63,222 nt of DNA, filler included, from a bacterium (GCA_046331705.1; 3 parts of 3 records of this genome joined end to end with filler, not necessarily neighbours in it); one strand, 5' to 3'. Positions 49,416-58,559 are shown, counted from the whole stretch's first letter. Made by a program: numbers and translations. Notes: generated by a model from the sequence alone, not told the origin.

Positions 49416-51215
49416 ATGGCTTCATCGCTTCGGGAGTACTTCACCAAGCTGGACACCTCGGGAGACGGCAAGATCTCGCAAGACGAGATCCGCGCGGCGT
49501 TGATCGCCGGGGACCTCGATGTCTCCGACGAGTTCGTGGCGGAGTTGATCAAGGAGTGCGATCAGGACGGCGACGGCCACATCGACTTTCAAGAGTTCGT
49601 CGACGCCTACGCCCGCCAGACCACGCTCGCGGGCCTCGATCTGGCGCAGGCGAAGGCCAACGCCGACTTCGGACCGCGCCTGCACGCGGCGATGGCGCGC
49701 ACGCGCGCCGCAGCGATCAAGTTCGGCGCGCCGGCGCTCGCGGTGCTGGCGCTGGTGGCACTCGTTCGCCCGAGCGCCACCGCGCACTTCTTCGCCAGCA
49801 TCCCGACGGCGGTGTGGGTGCTCTTGGGGCTCGTCGTGGCCGCGCTGGCGGCGGCGATCGTGCTCATGCCGGGCCTCCGGATGGCGGCGGTGTTGCTGGT
49901 TCGTGGCCTCGACGGCTTCCACGCCGCGCACAAGATCGCCCTCGGCCTCGACGCGCCGTTCACCGACCTCGGCACCGGCCGGCTCGGCAAGCCGGCGATG
50001 TACGTCCAGGACGAGCAGCTCGTGGCGCAGGTGCTACGCGCGCCGCAGAAGTACGCGCGGCTTCCGATGGCGAACTACCCGCCGTTCGAGGCGCTCTCCG
50101 AGCTCGGCGCCGGCAGCGGCGAGGAGTGGCTCAAGTACCGCATCGCGTTCAAGGACTACTTCGCGACCGAGTACAAGGAGGACCTCCCCGAGCTGCGCGC
50201 GATCGTCGAGGAGCGCATGCCGGCATGGATCGCCGCCGGCGAGGTGAACCTGCTCGGCGAGCTCTACCGCATCTTGGTCGAGATCCGCGGCCGTCTCTTC
50301 TTCCAGTCGAGCTTCGACTGCTTCGATCCCAATGCGAAGCCCAACTTCGCCGACGAGGTCGACGAGGTGCTGAGCCCGCCGGTGCTGCTCTTCGGCGCCA
50401 ACGACGGCACCGTCGACCTCTTCCACGCGCGCATCCTGAAGGCCATCCGCGCCAGCACCAAGCCGGGATCGGTGGGCCACGTCTGCCGCACGATGCTCGA
50501 GTCGGGCGAGTGGAGTGAGGAGGAAGCGATCCAGAACGGCTCGCTCTTCATGCTCGCGCACGCGCCCACCATGGTGCTCTTCTGGGCCATGTACCGGATC
50601 GCACGCGACGGCACCGGGTCGGCCATGCGGGCGAGCCGCAAGAAGATCCTGCAGGCCCTCAAGGAGGAGATGCGCATCCATCCGGGCGTCCCCACGATGC
50701 TGCCGCGGCTCTCGAAGGAAGAGAACGTGATCGGTCCGATGCGGATCGCGAAGGGCACCACGCTGCTGGTCTCGCCGTACCTGATCCACAACAGCCGCCG
50801 CCACTGGGCGAATCCCGAGAAGTTCGATCCCGAGTGCTGGGAGATCGACGAGAACGACGATCCCCGGGTGCTGGTCGATGGCCGCACCGATCCAGCGGAC
50901 CAGAACCGCCGCCCGTCGGCGTGTCCGTTCCACAAGCTCTTGCCCGACGGCGACGCCAAGCGCGGCGGGCGAGTGCGGTTCCTGCCGTTCGGCGGCGGCC
51001 AGCACCAGTGCCAGGGACGGTGGTTCGCGGCAGACGAGATGTTCGCCGTGGTGCAGTCGATCCTGAAGCACGTGGATCTGGAGGTTGCACCGGGTCAGCG
51101 AGACCTGCTCGGCCGCTCGGTGTGGGACCGGGTGACCCTGCACGTGTACTCGCGGCCGATGAAGGACATCCGGGTGCGCGTCCGGCCGGTCACCAAGGCT
51201 GCGGCCTCGGCATGA
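49416..51215 (+). CDS. EF-hand pair / two TM helices / cytochrome P450 fusion protein
   Basis: GGAGG RBS. EF loops DTSGDGKISQDE and DQDGDGHIDFQE, a hydrophobic hairpin, K-helix EEMR, FDPECW and heme motif FGGGQHQCQG. Confidence 0.88.
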   Translation: MASSLREYFTKLDTSGDGKISQDEIRAALIAGDLDVSDEFVAELIKECDQDGDGHIDFQEFVDAYARQTTLAGLDLAQAKANADFGPRLHAAMARTRAAAIKFGAPALAVLALVALVRPSATAHFFASIPTAVWVLLGLVVAALAAAIVLMPGLRMAAVLLVRGLDGFHAAHKIALGLDAPFTDLGTGRLGKPAMYVQDEQLVAQVLRAPQKYARLPMANYPPFEALSELGAGSGEEWLKYRIAFKDYFATEYKEDLPELRAIVEERMPAWIAAGEVNLLGELYRILVEIRGRLFFQSSFDCFDPNAKPNFADEVDEVLSPPVLLFGANDGTVDLFHARILKAIRASTKPGSVGHVCRTMLESGEWSEEEAIQNGSLFMLAHAPTMVLFWAMYRIARDGTGSAMRASRKKILQALKEEMRIHPGVPTMLPRLSKEENVIGPMRIAKGTTLLVSPYLIHNSRRHWANPEKFDPECWEIDENDDPRVLVDGRTDPADQNRRPSACPFHKLLPDGDAKRGGRVRFLPFGGGQHQCQGRWFAADEMFAVVQSILKHVDLEVAPGQRDLLGRSVWDRVTLHVYSRPMKDIRVRVRPVTKAAASA

Positions 51216-52438
51216 GCACGGGGCTCTCGACGGAAGCGCTGGGGGCGGTCGGCGGCGGCGCTGGAGTGCCACTCGATCGGACGGTCGGCGGCGTCGGCGG
51301 CACGCTCGGCGGGTGGTGGCGCTGGCTCAATCGCGAGCTGCTCTTCGACCGCAACTCGATCATCCACATCGGGATCCTGGCCGCCACCGCGCTCGCGGTC
51401 GCGCGTCTCGGGTGGATCGGGATCCTGCTCTACCCGGTGGTGATGATCACGATCGAGATCCTCCACTACGCGTTCAAGATCTCGCTGTTCGACACCGAGA
51501 CCGTGATCCAGCACGGCTACAACCTGAGCCGGCACATCAGCGACAACCTGCACTCGGGCGGCCTCGACTACGGCTTCAACTTCTACGACGGCGACTTCAC
51601 GAAGACGCGTCAGCAAGCGCAGGAAGACAAGTTTCGCTACGCGTTCGCGCGGCTCGGCCTGCGCCCCGGGATGTCACTGATCGACGTCGGCTGTGGGTGC
51701 GGCGATTGGCTCGATTGGCTGCGTCGCCAGGGCGTGCGCGTGGCGGGGATCAACATCACCGCCGGACAGGCGCACGAGTGCCGTGAGCGCGGGCTGGAGG
51801 TGCATTGCGCGAACTGGAAGGACGTCGCGGCCGATCCCGAGCTCGCGAAGCAGCTCTTCGGACGATTCGACGTGGTCACGTTCTGGGACACCGTCGAGCA
51901 TTACGTGCCGTCCCGCTATCTGAACCGGGTGGGAGAGCGCGATCGCATCTACGGCGCGATGTTCGAGCTCGCCAAGAAGCTCATGCGCGACCCGAACAGC
52001 GGGCGGATCTGGATCTCCTGTCTCCACCGCAAGGATCCGGGGAAGGAGACGCTCCCCGAGTTCCTGCGGCGCCGGACGTATTGCTACCTGCTCGACAAGT
52101 ACCACTCCGGCCTCTACCCGCAGGCGAGCCGAGACGAGCTGGTGCTCAACGCGCGCCGCGCCGGCCTTTCCCTCGTTCACCGTCGCGACACCACCCTCGA
52201 CTACCTGATGACGAGCAGGCTCGAGGCGGCACACTTCGGACGCCACCACTTCGAGCTCACGGCGCGGCGAGCGCTGGTGCTGCTGTGGGAATTGATCGTG
52301 GACCCTTCGTGGTTCCAGGCGCTGCTCTGGTTCAAGCTCGAGATCTGGATGTGGCAGTTCCAGTCCGACGACGTCGAGAAGTCCGACGTCGTGAACTGGT
52401 GGTTGGTGTTCGACGGTGCGCCGGCCGTGCGTGCCTGA
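51212..52438 (+). CDS. SAM-dependent methyltransferase, cyclopropane-fatty-acid synthase (CMAS) family, with N-terminal TM helices
   Basis: ATGA overlap with the P450. QAQEDKF...LGLRPGMSLIDVGCGCG, GINIT..Q and FDVVTFWDTVEH. Confidence 0.85.
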   Translation: MSTGLSTEALGAVGGGAGVPLDRTVGGVGGTLGGWWRWLNRELLFDRNSIIHIGILAATALAVARLGWIGILLYPVVMITIEILHYAFKISLFDTETVIQHGYNLSRHISDNLHSGGLDYGFNFYDGDFTKTRQQAQEDKFRYAFARLGLRPGMSLIDVGCGCGDWLDWLRRQGVRVAGINITAGQAHECRERGLEVHCANWKDVAADPELAKQLFGRFDVVTFWDTVEHYVPSRYLNRVGERDRIYGAMFELAKKLMRDPNSGRIWISCLHRKDPGKETLPEFLRRRTYCYLLDKYHSGLYPQASRDELVLNARRAGLSLVHRRDTTLDYLMTSRLEAAHFGRHHFELTARRALVLLWELIVDPSWFQALLWFKLEIWMWQFQSDDVEKSDVVNWWLVFDGAPAVRA

Positions 52439-52504
52439 TGCAGCGCCATCGGGCCGCCACTCGGTCGCGGAAGCCCGCGCGCGCGGCGTGCCAACGGAGA
52501 GGAC

Positions 52505-53530
52505 ATGCGTAAACGGGTGTCGTGGATGTTCGCCGCCGTGCTGCTGGGCGCGATCGGCGTGCTGGTCGTCTATCACCGCGAGCTTCATCCCCCGCACGTC
52601 TTCGCCGGGACGGGTTCGCGCGATGGCGGGTGGGTCGAGGCGCACGTCACGGTGCTCGCGGTGGAGCCCGAGAAGGAAGACCTGCGCATGCGCATCGCGC
52701 TGACGCCCCACGGACGGCTCGACGCCGGCGCCGGCGTGCCGAGCGAGACGATTCGCATTCACGCCGACGCGGTCGGGTGGGAGGAGGTGGACCTGGCGGC
52801 GCGTAGACGCATCGTGCCACGCGATCTGACCCTCGATCTCACCGAGGGCGAGCCCACCGACTACCCGTTCGACCGCTACCGCGCCCAGCTCGATTTCCTC
52901 GCCGAGGTCGGGGAAGGGGATGCGGCGTACCCGATCCCCGTGGACGTGCGCTTCGACGATTCGCACCACGGCTTTCGCTTCGAGACCGCGGCGCGACCGG
53001 CCGACGGCGCGGGCTACGGCGGCTTCGCTCTCGAGCTGCGCCGCTCGCCGCTGGTGCTCGGCATGGCGCTCTTCCTCATGGGGATCACGTGGGGCGTGAC
53101 GTTCGTGGCGCTGCGGCTGCTCGCGATCGTCATCGAGGGCCGCATCCGCGTCGACGTGGACGTCTTCGTCGCCTTCAGCGGTCTGGTCGTCGCGATGTAC
53201 TTCTTCCGCTCGGTGCTTCCGGAGCTGCCACCGATCTCGGGCACGCTCGCCGATTTCCTGGCGTTCCTGTGGGCCGAGGCGGCGTCGGCGCTCGGCGTGG
53301 TGGTGGTCGGGATCCTCTGGCTGGTCCACGCTCGGCCAGGTCAACCGTCCCCCGAGACGGTGGACGACGGCGCCGACGAGCCCGCGGCAGAGCGGCGCGC
53401 GCCGCGATCGCATGCGCTCACCGCTCCCGCCGCGTGCCCTCCGGCGCTCCGGGATCGGCTGCGTGCCTGGCGGCCGCTGCGCGGTCGGAACGTCGGGCGC
53501 CCGCGGCCGAGCGCGGCGCACGACGCCTGA
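52505..53530 (+). CDS. DUF4436-like membrane protein, paralog 1
   Basis: GGAGAGG RBS, N-terminal TM, GEPTDYPFDRY and three C-terminal TMs with FRSVLPELPPISGTLADFLAFLW. Confidence 0.75.
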   Translation: MRKRVSWMFAAVLLGAIGVLVVYHRELHPPHVFAGTGSRDGGWVEAHVTVLAVEPEKEDLRMRIALTPHGRLDAGAGVPSETIRIHADAVGWEEVDLAARRRIVPRDLTLDLTEGEPTDYPFDRYRAQLDFLAEVGEGDAAYPIPVDVRFDDSHHGFRFETAARPADGAGYGGFALELRRSPLVLGMALFLMGITWGVTFVALRLLAIVIEGRIRVDVDVFVAFSGLVVAMYFFRSVLPELPPISGTLADFLAFLWAEAASALGVVVVGILWLVHARPGQPSPETVDDGADEPAAERRAPRSHALTAPAACPPALRDRLRAWRPLRGRNVGRPRPSAAHDA

Positions 53531-53536
53531 GGAACC

Positions 53537-54406
53537 GTGGCTACGTCTGACGCGCAGGTGCGACGACCACGGACGGGCTTCGGGTGGCTCCTCGCGGCTC
53601 CCGTGCTGGGTTGCCTGGTGGTGGTCGCCTCGTACCATCGCGAGCTTCGACCTCCCACACGGCTCACGGCGGCTGGCTCGCGCGACGCCGGCTGGCTCGA
53701 TGCCCACGTGTCCGTGCTCGCCGTGACTCCCGAGCACGAGGAGCTCAGGCTGCGGATCTCGATCACGCCGCACGGACGGCTCGATCGGGGCGCGGGAGTG
53801 CTGAGCCGGGTCGTCCGCTTGCACGCGGACGCCGTCGGGTGGGACGAGGTGGAGCTCGCTGCCGGCCGGCGCATCTTCCCGCGGGATCTCACGCTCGATC
53901 TCACGGACGGCGAGCCGGTCGACTATCCGTTCGACCGCTACCGCGCGGAGCTCGATCTGCTCGCCGAGGTCGACGTCGAGGGCGGCACGGTGGCGGTGCC
54001 CGTCGACATCACGTTCGACGACAGCCACCACGGCTTTCGCTTCACGACCTCGTCGCTGGCGGTCGACGACGACGGCTACGGCGGCTTCGACGTCGAGCTG
54101 CGTCGGTCCGGCGTGGTTCTCGGGCTGGCGATCTTCCTGATGATGCTCGCGTGGGGCGTGAGCTACGTGTCGCTGCGGCTCTTGAGCTTGGTTCTGGAAG
54201 GCACGATCGAAGTCAATCTCGACATGTTCGTGGCGTTCACGGGGCTCTTGGTGGGGATGTATTTCTTCCGCTCGGTGCTGCCCGAGGTGCCGCCCATCTC
54301 CGGGACGCTCGCCGATTTCCTCGCCTTCCTGTGGGCGGAGATCACCGCCGCGCTCGGTACGGTGGCCGTCGGAGTCATCTGGACGCGGCGCGCGGAGAAG
54401 CCGTAG
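53537..54406 (+). CDS. DUF4436-like membrane protein, paralog 2
   Basis: Colinear and highly similar to paralog 1 (GEPVDYPFDRY, FRSVLPEVPPISGTLADFLAFLW). Starts 6 nt after its stop. Confidence 0.75.
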   Translation: MATSDAQVRRPRTGFGWLLAAPVLGCLVVVASYHRELRPPTRLTAAGSRDAGWLDAHVSVLAVTPEHEELRLRISITPHGRLDRGAGVLSRVVRLHADAVGWDEVELAAGRRIFPRDLTLDLTDGEPVDYPFDRYRAELDLLAEVDVEGGTVAVPVDITFDDSHHGFRFTTSSLAVDDDGYGGFDVELRRSGVVLGLAIFLMMLAWGVSYVSLRLLSLVLEGTIEVNLDMFVAFTGLLVGMYFFRSVLPEVPPISGTLADFLAFLWAEITAALGTVAVGVIWTRRAEKP

Positions 54407-54467
54407 CGAGCTTGTCGCCCGCGACCCGCGGCGCCGGGAATCGTGCCGGCCGCCACCGCGTCGCGGC

Positions 54468-55232
54468 TCATCGCGCGCCGTGCGCTCGGGCGACGAGCGA
54501 TACCGCGACTTCCAGGAAGCGCTCGGGCGGCAGCCGCTCACTCAGGACCTGGAGCTGCCCCCCGCGCGTGGCGAGCTGGTCGTCGAACGCGGCATGGCCG
54601 GCACGTCGGCCCAGCTCGGCGAGCAACGCCGCGAAGTTGCCCGCGCGCGTTTGCTGCATCGCCGCGCCCAGGCCGCGATAGCGAAGCTCGTCCGCCGGCA
54701 GATCCACCGGCGGGCGCCCGAACGAGAAGAGCCGGGCAAAGAGGGCACGGTCCTCCTCGGTGCGCGTGGTGGTCGCCTGAACCTTCTTGGTGAACGCCAG
54801 GCCGCCGGTGACCAACGCCTTGCCGACGCTGAGCACGCGCTCGTTGCTGGTGTCGGTGCGGGTGCTTTGCACGATTCGGAGACCGCGCACCACGAGGCGG
54901 ACGGCTTCGTAGGGAATTCCGATTCCGCCGCTGCCACTCGTTTGGACCTCGAACGACGCCTCGTGGAGCTCGAACGCGACCGCGGCCACCGTCTCGGCCT
55001 GGTCACGTTGGACCTCGTCCATGCCGAGCACGAACGCGGCGAATCCCCGCGCGCTCAAGGCTGCTCGCGCACGCTCCGCCTGGTCGCGATCGGCATGAAT
55101 CGCGAGCACCCGCGGACCCGCTCCGTGAAGGCGGCCGCGCGCCTCCGTGACCGAGATGCCGAGCACGCCGGCGAGTGCCGCCGCGGGGTCGGCGGTGTGC
55201 GTCGACGCGTCGCGCAGGGCGAGGACGTTCAT
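54468..55232 (-). CDS. Hypothetical protein
   Basis: Protein-like composition from MNVLALRD. LSVGKALVTGGL and LRYRGLG motifs. No family recognised. Confidence 0.65.
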   Translation of the reverse strand: MNVLALRDASTHTADPAAALAGVLGISVTEARGRLHGAGPRVLAIHADRDQAERARAALSARGFAAFVLGMDEVQRDQAETVAAVAFELHEASFEVQTSGSGGIGIPYEAVRLVVRGLRIVQSTRTDTSNERVLSVGKALVTGGLAFTKKVQATTTRTEEDRALFARLFSFGRPPVDLPADELRYRGLGAAMQQTRAGNFAALLAELGRRAGHAAFDDQLATRGGQLQVLSERLPPERFLEVAVSLVARAHGAR

Positions 55233-55332
55233 CCGAAGACCTTCGTCGGCGCGATTCGAGCAACGCAGCGTGAGCGGCGTTCCCGGCGGAGCCGGCCTGG
55301 AGCGGCTGGCACGCGCCGGGCGGGGCCAGCGT

Positions 55333-55821
55333 TCAGGGAATCGTGTAGCGGCCCTTCCAGTCGGACCAGCCGGCGCCGGTGGTACCGATGAAGTTGCCCT
55401 GGAACTTCTGATCGCCGGTGATTCCTGCGTATTTCCCGGTCCCGCCGACGAACTTCTCGTCGCCGGGACAGGCCGGCATCGTGCCCGTGCACTTCCACTC
55501 GACGAAGACCTTGTCGCCGTCTCCATCCGTGACCACGCACGTGCCGTTGGCCGTCGCCTGTCCTTGCTTGACGTCGTTCATCAGTGCGCAATCCACGCGC
55601 GCCTTGTGCAGGAAACCCTTGCCGGCGTCGTTGAACATGACGCCGGACACCATGCCCGTGGAGATCGACCGATCGGGCCCCAGATCCTGGACGTCCCCCT
55701 TGAACACCCAGCCGAAGTGTCCGGAGTAGTTGCCCGTCTTCGGCAGCTCGGCCGCGGCAGCCGACGACACGGCGGCGAGCGCGGAAAGCAGCAGAGCGAC
55801 CATGCGGGTTCCTGGGCTCAT
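55333..55821 (-). CDS. Secreted beta-barrel protein (dirigent/allene-oxide-cyclase-like motif)
   Basis: Signal peptide, GTCVVTDGDGDKVF and FVGGTGKYAGITG. GGAG RBS. Confidence 0.7.
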   Translation of the reverse strand: MSPGTRMVALLLSALAAVSSAAAAELPKTGNYSGHFGWVFKGDVQDLGPDRSISTGMVSGVMFNDAGKGFLHKARVDCALMNDVKQGQATANGTCVVTDGDGDKVFVEWKCTGTMPACPGDEKFVGGTGKYAGITGDQKFQGNFIGTTGAGWSDWKGRYTIP

Positions 55822-56262
55822 CGGTGTTCTCCGTGCGATCGGATGTGGGAACCCGTCGTCGAGCCCGGGACCCGAGTTGGAGCCGACTCTACCCGTTCTC
55901 GGGAGCGAGCGGTGCGGTCCCGTGCGGCTTCGTCGGTGCGCGGTGCGCGAAGGCGCTACGCGGCTGGCGGACTGCGCGCCGTTGCGATCGAGCGTCGGTC
56001 GAGTCTGCAGCCGGCGGGGCACCGCCTCGAGGAGGACGAGGCGGCGGGGCTGACATACTGGGTCGTGCGTGGTCGCAAGCCCCGCGACCGACGCGAGGAT
56101 GGAATGGGGCGGTGCGAGCTCGGTCGCCCAGGATTGCGGCCACCGCGCCGGCAGTCGTCCCGCTAGCCCAAGAGAGTCCGGCAACGACGCGGAATTCCGC
56201 GCGCCTCATCGTCCTGCGCAGAACGTGCGCCGCCACCGAGCGCTCCCCGAGAAACCGCCGAC

Positions 56263-57276
56263 ATGCAAACGCCCACCAGCAGTCCCGTTCCCATGACGAT
56301 CCTCACTGGTTTTCTGGGGGCGGGGAAGACGACGCTCTTGAACCGCATCCTGAACGGCGACCACGGTCTGCGGGTGGCGGTGCTGGTGAACGACTTCGGC
56401 GCCATCAACATCGACGCGGAGCTGGTCATCGGCGTCCAGGACGACGTCGTCAGCCTGGCGAACGGCTGTGTCTGCTGCACGATCCGCGACGATCTGGTCG
56501 AGACGGTCGAAGCGGTCCTGAAGCGTCCCGAAGCCCCCGAGTACATCCTGCTCGAAGCGAGCGGCGTCTCGGACCCGGCGGGCCTGGTCACGACGTTTCT
56601 CGATCCCAAGCTCGAGAGTCGGATCCGGTTGGACAGCGTCACGTGCGTGCTGGATGCGGATCAGCTGTTCGCTCACCGCAAGCGGCGCGAGCTGATGATG
56701 CTCAAGCTCAATCAGATCGGTTTCTCGGATCTGTTGATCCTCAACAAGGTCGATCTCGCAGGGCCGGACGAGACCGCGAACGTGAGGGAGTGGCTCGAGC
56801 GGAGCTTCCCCCGGATTCGGATCGTCGAGGCCAACCATTGCGACGTGCCGCTCGAGATCTTGCTGGCGGTGGGGCGCTTCGACCCGGCTCGCGGCGGCCT
56901 CGAGAAACCACCCGCCCACGATGGCGCCTGCGCGGATTCGAGCTGTCACGACGAGCACCACGGCCACGATCACGCAAACGCGTTCGGCACCTGGAGCTAC
57001 GAGACCAACCAACCAATGTCGCTCGAGGCCGTGCGTGAGGCCGTCCGAACGCTCCCTGGCAACATCTACCGTGCCAAGGGGGTGATCTACACCTCCGACG
57101 ATCCCGAGCGTCCGTTGGTGCTCCAGGTCGTCGGCAGGCGCGTCAACCTGTCGACGCAGGCCGAATGGGGGCCGCGCGCGCCGCGCTCCCAGATCGTCGT
57201 CATCGGTGCCGCCGGAAGCCTCGATGAGCGCTCGCTGGCTCTGACGTTCGATTCGTGCCGCACCGCCGTCGCGTGA
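56263..57276 (+). CDS. COG0523/CobW-family metallochaperone GTPase
   Basis: GFLGAGKTT, NDFG, NGCVCC, EASG, NKVD, a His-rich insert and YRAKG. Confidence 0.93.
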   Translation: MQTPTSSPVPMTILTGFLGAGKTTLLNRILNGDHGLRVAVLVNDFGAINIDAELVIGVQDDVVSLANGCVCCTIRDDLVETVEAVLKRPEAPEYILLEASGVSDPAGLVTTFLDPKLESRIRLDSVTCVLDADQLFAHRKRRELMMLKLNQIGFSDLLILNKVDLAGPDETANVREWLERSFPRIRIVEANHCDVPLEILLAVGRFDPARGGLEKPPAHDGACADSSCHDEHHGHDHANAFGTWSYETNQPMSLEAVREAVRTLPGNIYRAKGVIYTSDDPERPLVLQVVGRRVNLSTQAEWGPRAPRSQIVVIGAAGSLDERSLALTFDSCRTAVA

Positions 57277-57682
57277 TCGCGATGCGCCTCGCGGCGAGGC
57301 GTGCATGGGCACGGCGCGCGCGTGTCCTGGCAGGCGCCCGACGGCTTCGTGGTGAACGGACGCGCTGGGCTCGGCTGGAAGCCGCGGAGCGGCACCGCCG
57401 GGCCCGGCGACGAGCGCGCGCGCACGATCCCCGGCACCGACCCGTTCGGGGATGGCTTGCTCGCGACCACGCTCACGGGGACCGCCGTGGGAGCGATCGC
57501 GTACGAGCCGACGAGTGTCGTTCCTCCCGGGGGCGGGACCGATCGGGTCATCGAGGGCGAGTGGACCGAGAGAGGCCGTATCGGGATCTGGGCGTGCTCC
57601 GATCCAGCGCTCGATTCGCTCTCCGTGCGGTCGCGTCGCGCACGGCAAGAACGGCCTGGGTGGCTGCCGCGCGCGACTCGGT

Positions 57683-58159
57683 TCAGCCCGCGCGTGTCCT
57701 GCGCGCGCGCCGTCGGGCCGGCTGGGCTGGTGGCGCGCTCTCGGTTCGCGCCGCGGCTGCGGTGCGCGCGCGGAACCACGCGGCAATTCCGGGCATGTGC
57801 GGCTCGAAGTCGCCGGGCACCGAGACGTTGAGCGCACCTGCGGGCTCTGCGGTGCGGTTCTCGAAGTCGTGGGGCGTCCCGCCGGGCGCGATCACCACCG
57901 ATCCCGCGGGCGCGTCGAGCCACGCGCCGTCCACATGGAAGCTCATCGTCCCCGCGATGACGAAGAAAACGTCGTCTTCGTCGTGGGTGTGCGCGCCGGG
58001 GCCACGTGTGTAGGGCTCGAGCCACCACTCGGAGATCGAGTACCGCTTGTGGGTCTCGTCGCCGTTGGCCTTGAAGACCGCGCGCACCGGGCCCATCGCA
58101 TACGCGCGCCCAGCGCCAGGCGGCAACACGATCGCAGCGCGCTTTCCGCGGGGTGCCAT
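57683..58159 (-). CDS. Cupin-domain protein
   Basis: GPGAHTHDEDDVFFVIAG and APGGTPHDFEN. Start re-set to MAPRGKR. Confidence 0.82.
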   Translation of the reverse strand: MAPRGKRAAIVLPPGAGRAYAMGPVRAVFKANGDETHKRYSISEWWLEPYTRGPGAHTHDEDDVFFVIAGTMSFHVDGAWLDAPAGSVVIAPGGTPHDFENRTAEPAGALNVSVPGDFEPHMPGIAAWFRARTAAAARTESAPPAQPARRRARRTRAG

Positions 58160-58401
58160 GGCACACGAAAGCTGGCCACTTCGCGGAATCGTCGCCAGCG
58201 CAGCGGCCATTTCCTGGGTGCAGCGTCCCCGCGCAACTCGTGGCGAGGCGAGCGGCGCGGAAGAGGTGAGTGGAGGGGGTGCGGAAGAGGGCGGAGGTTC
58301 AGCGTGGACTGCGGCTCGACTGGTGCGCACTTCGAGCGATGGTCTCGCTCTGCGCGACACGTTTCGTCCCGCCCGAGGCTCTCGAGCGGCGGCGCGCAGG
58401 C

Positions 58402-58554
58402 TCATTGCACGAGGCCGACGAGCAGCCCGCCAGCAGCGCCAGCGACAACGAACAGAAAGATGACGCCGGACGCGGCGATCGCGGCGATCGTGGCGAGCGC
58501 GATCAGCAGCACCGTCGCGTGCTCATGCGCTGACGTGCGACGAAGACGACTCAC
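58402..58554 (-). CDS. Small (50 aa) hydrophobic membrane peptide
   Basis: Manual translation MSRLRRTSAHEHATVLLIALATIAAIAASGVIFLFVVAGAAGGLLVGLVQ. Starts 5 nt after the Sel1 gene stop. Confidence 0.45.
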   Translation of the reverse strand: MSRLRRTSAHEHATVLLIALATIAAIAASGVIFLFVVAGAAGGLLVGLVQ

Positions 58555-58559
58555 ACGTT

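Noticed and set aside
55830-56262. Possible cobalamin riboswitch upstream of the COG0523 gene
   Set aside because: A GGGAA...CCCG segment is present, but the conserved GCAACTGT and B12-box elements could not be found by eye. An Infernal/Rfam scan would decide.
57301-57831. 176-aa plus-strand ORF after the COG0523 gene
   Set aside because: The first part looks protein-like, but it has no clear start, overlaps the cupin gene and matches no family I recognise. Possibly a gene remnant.
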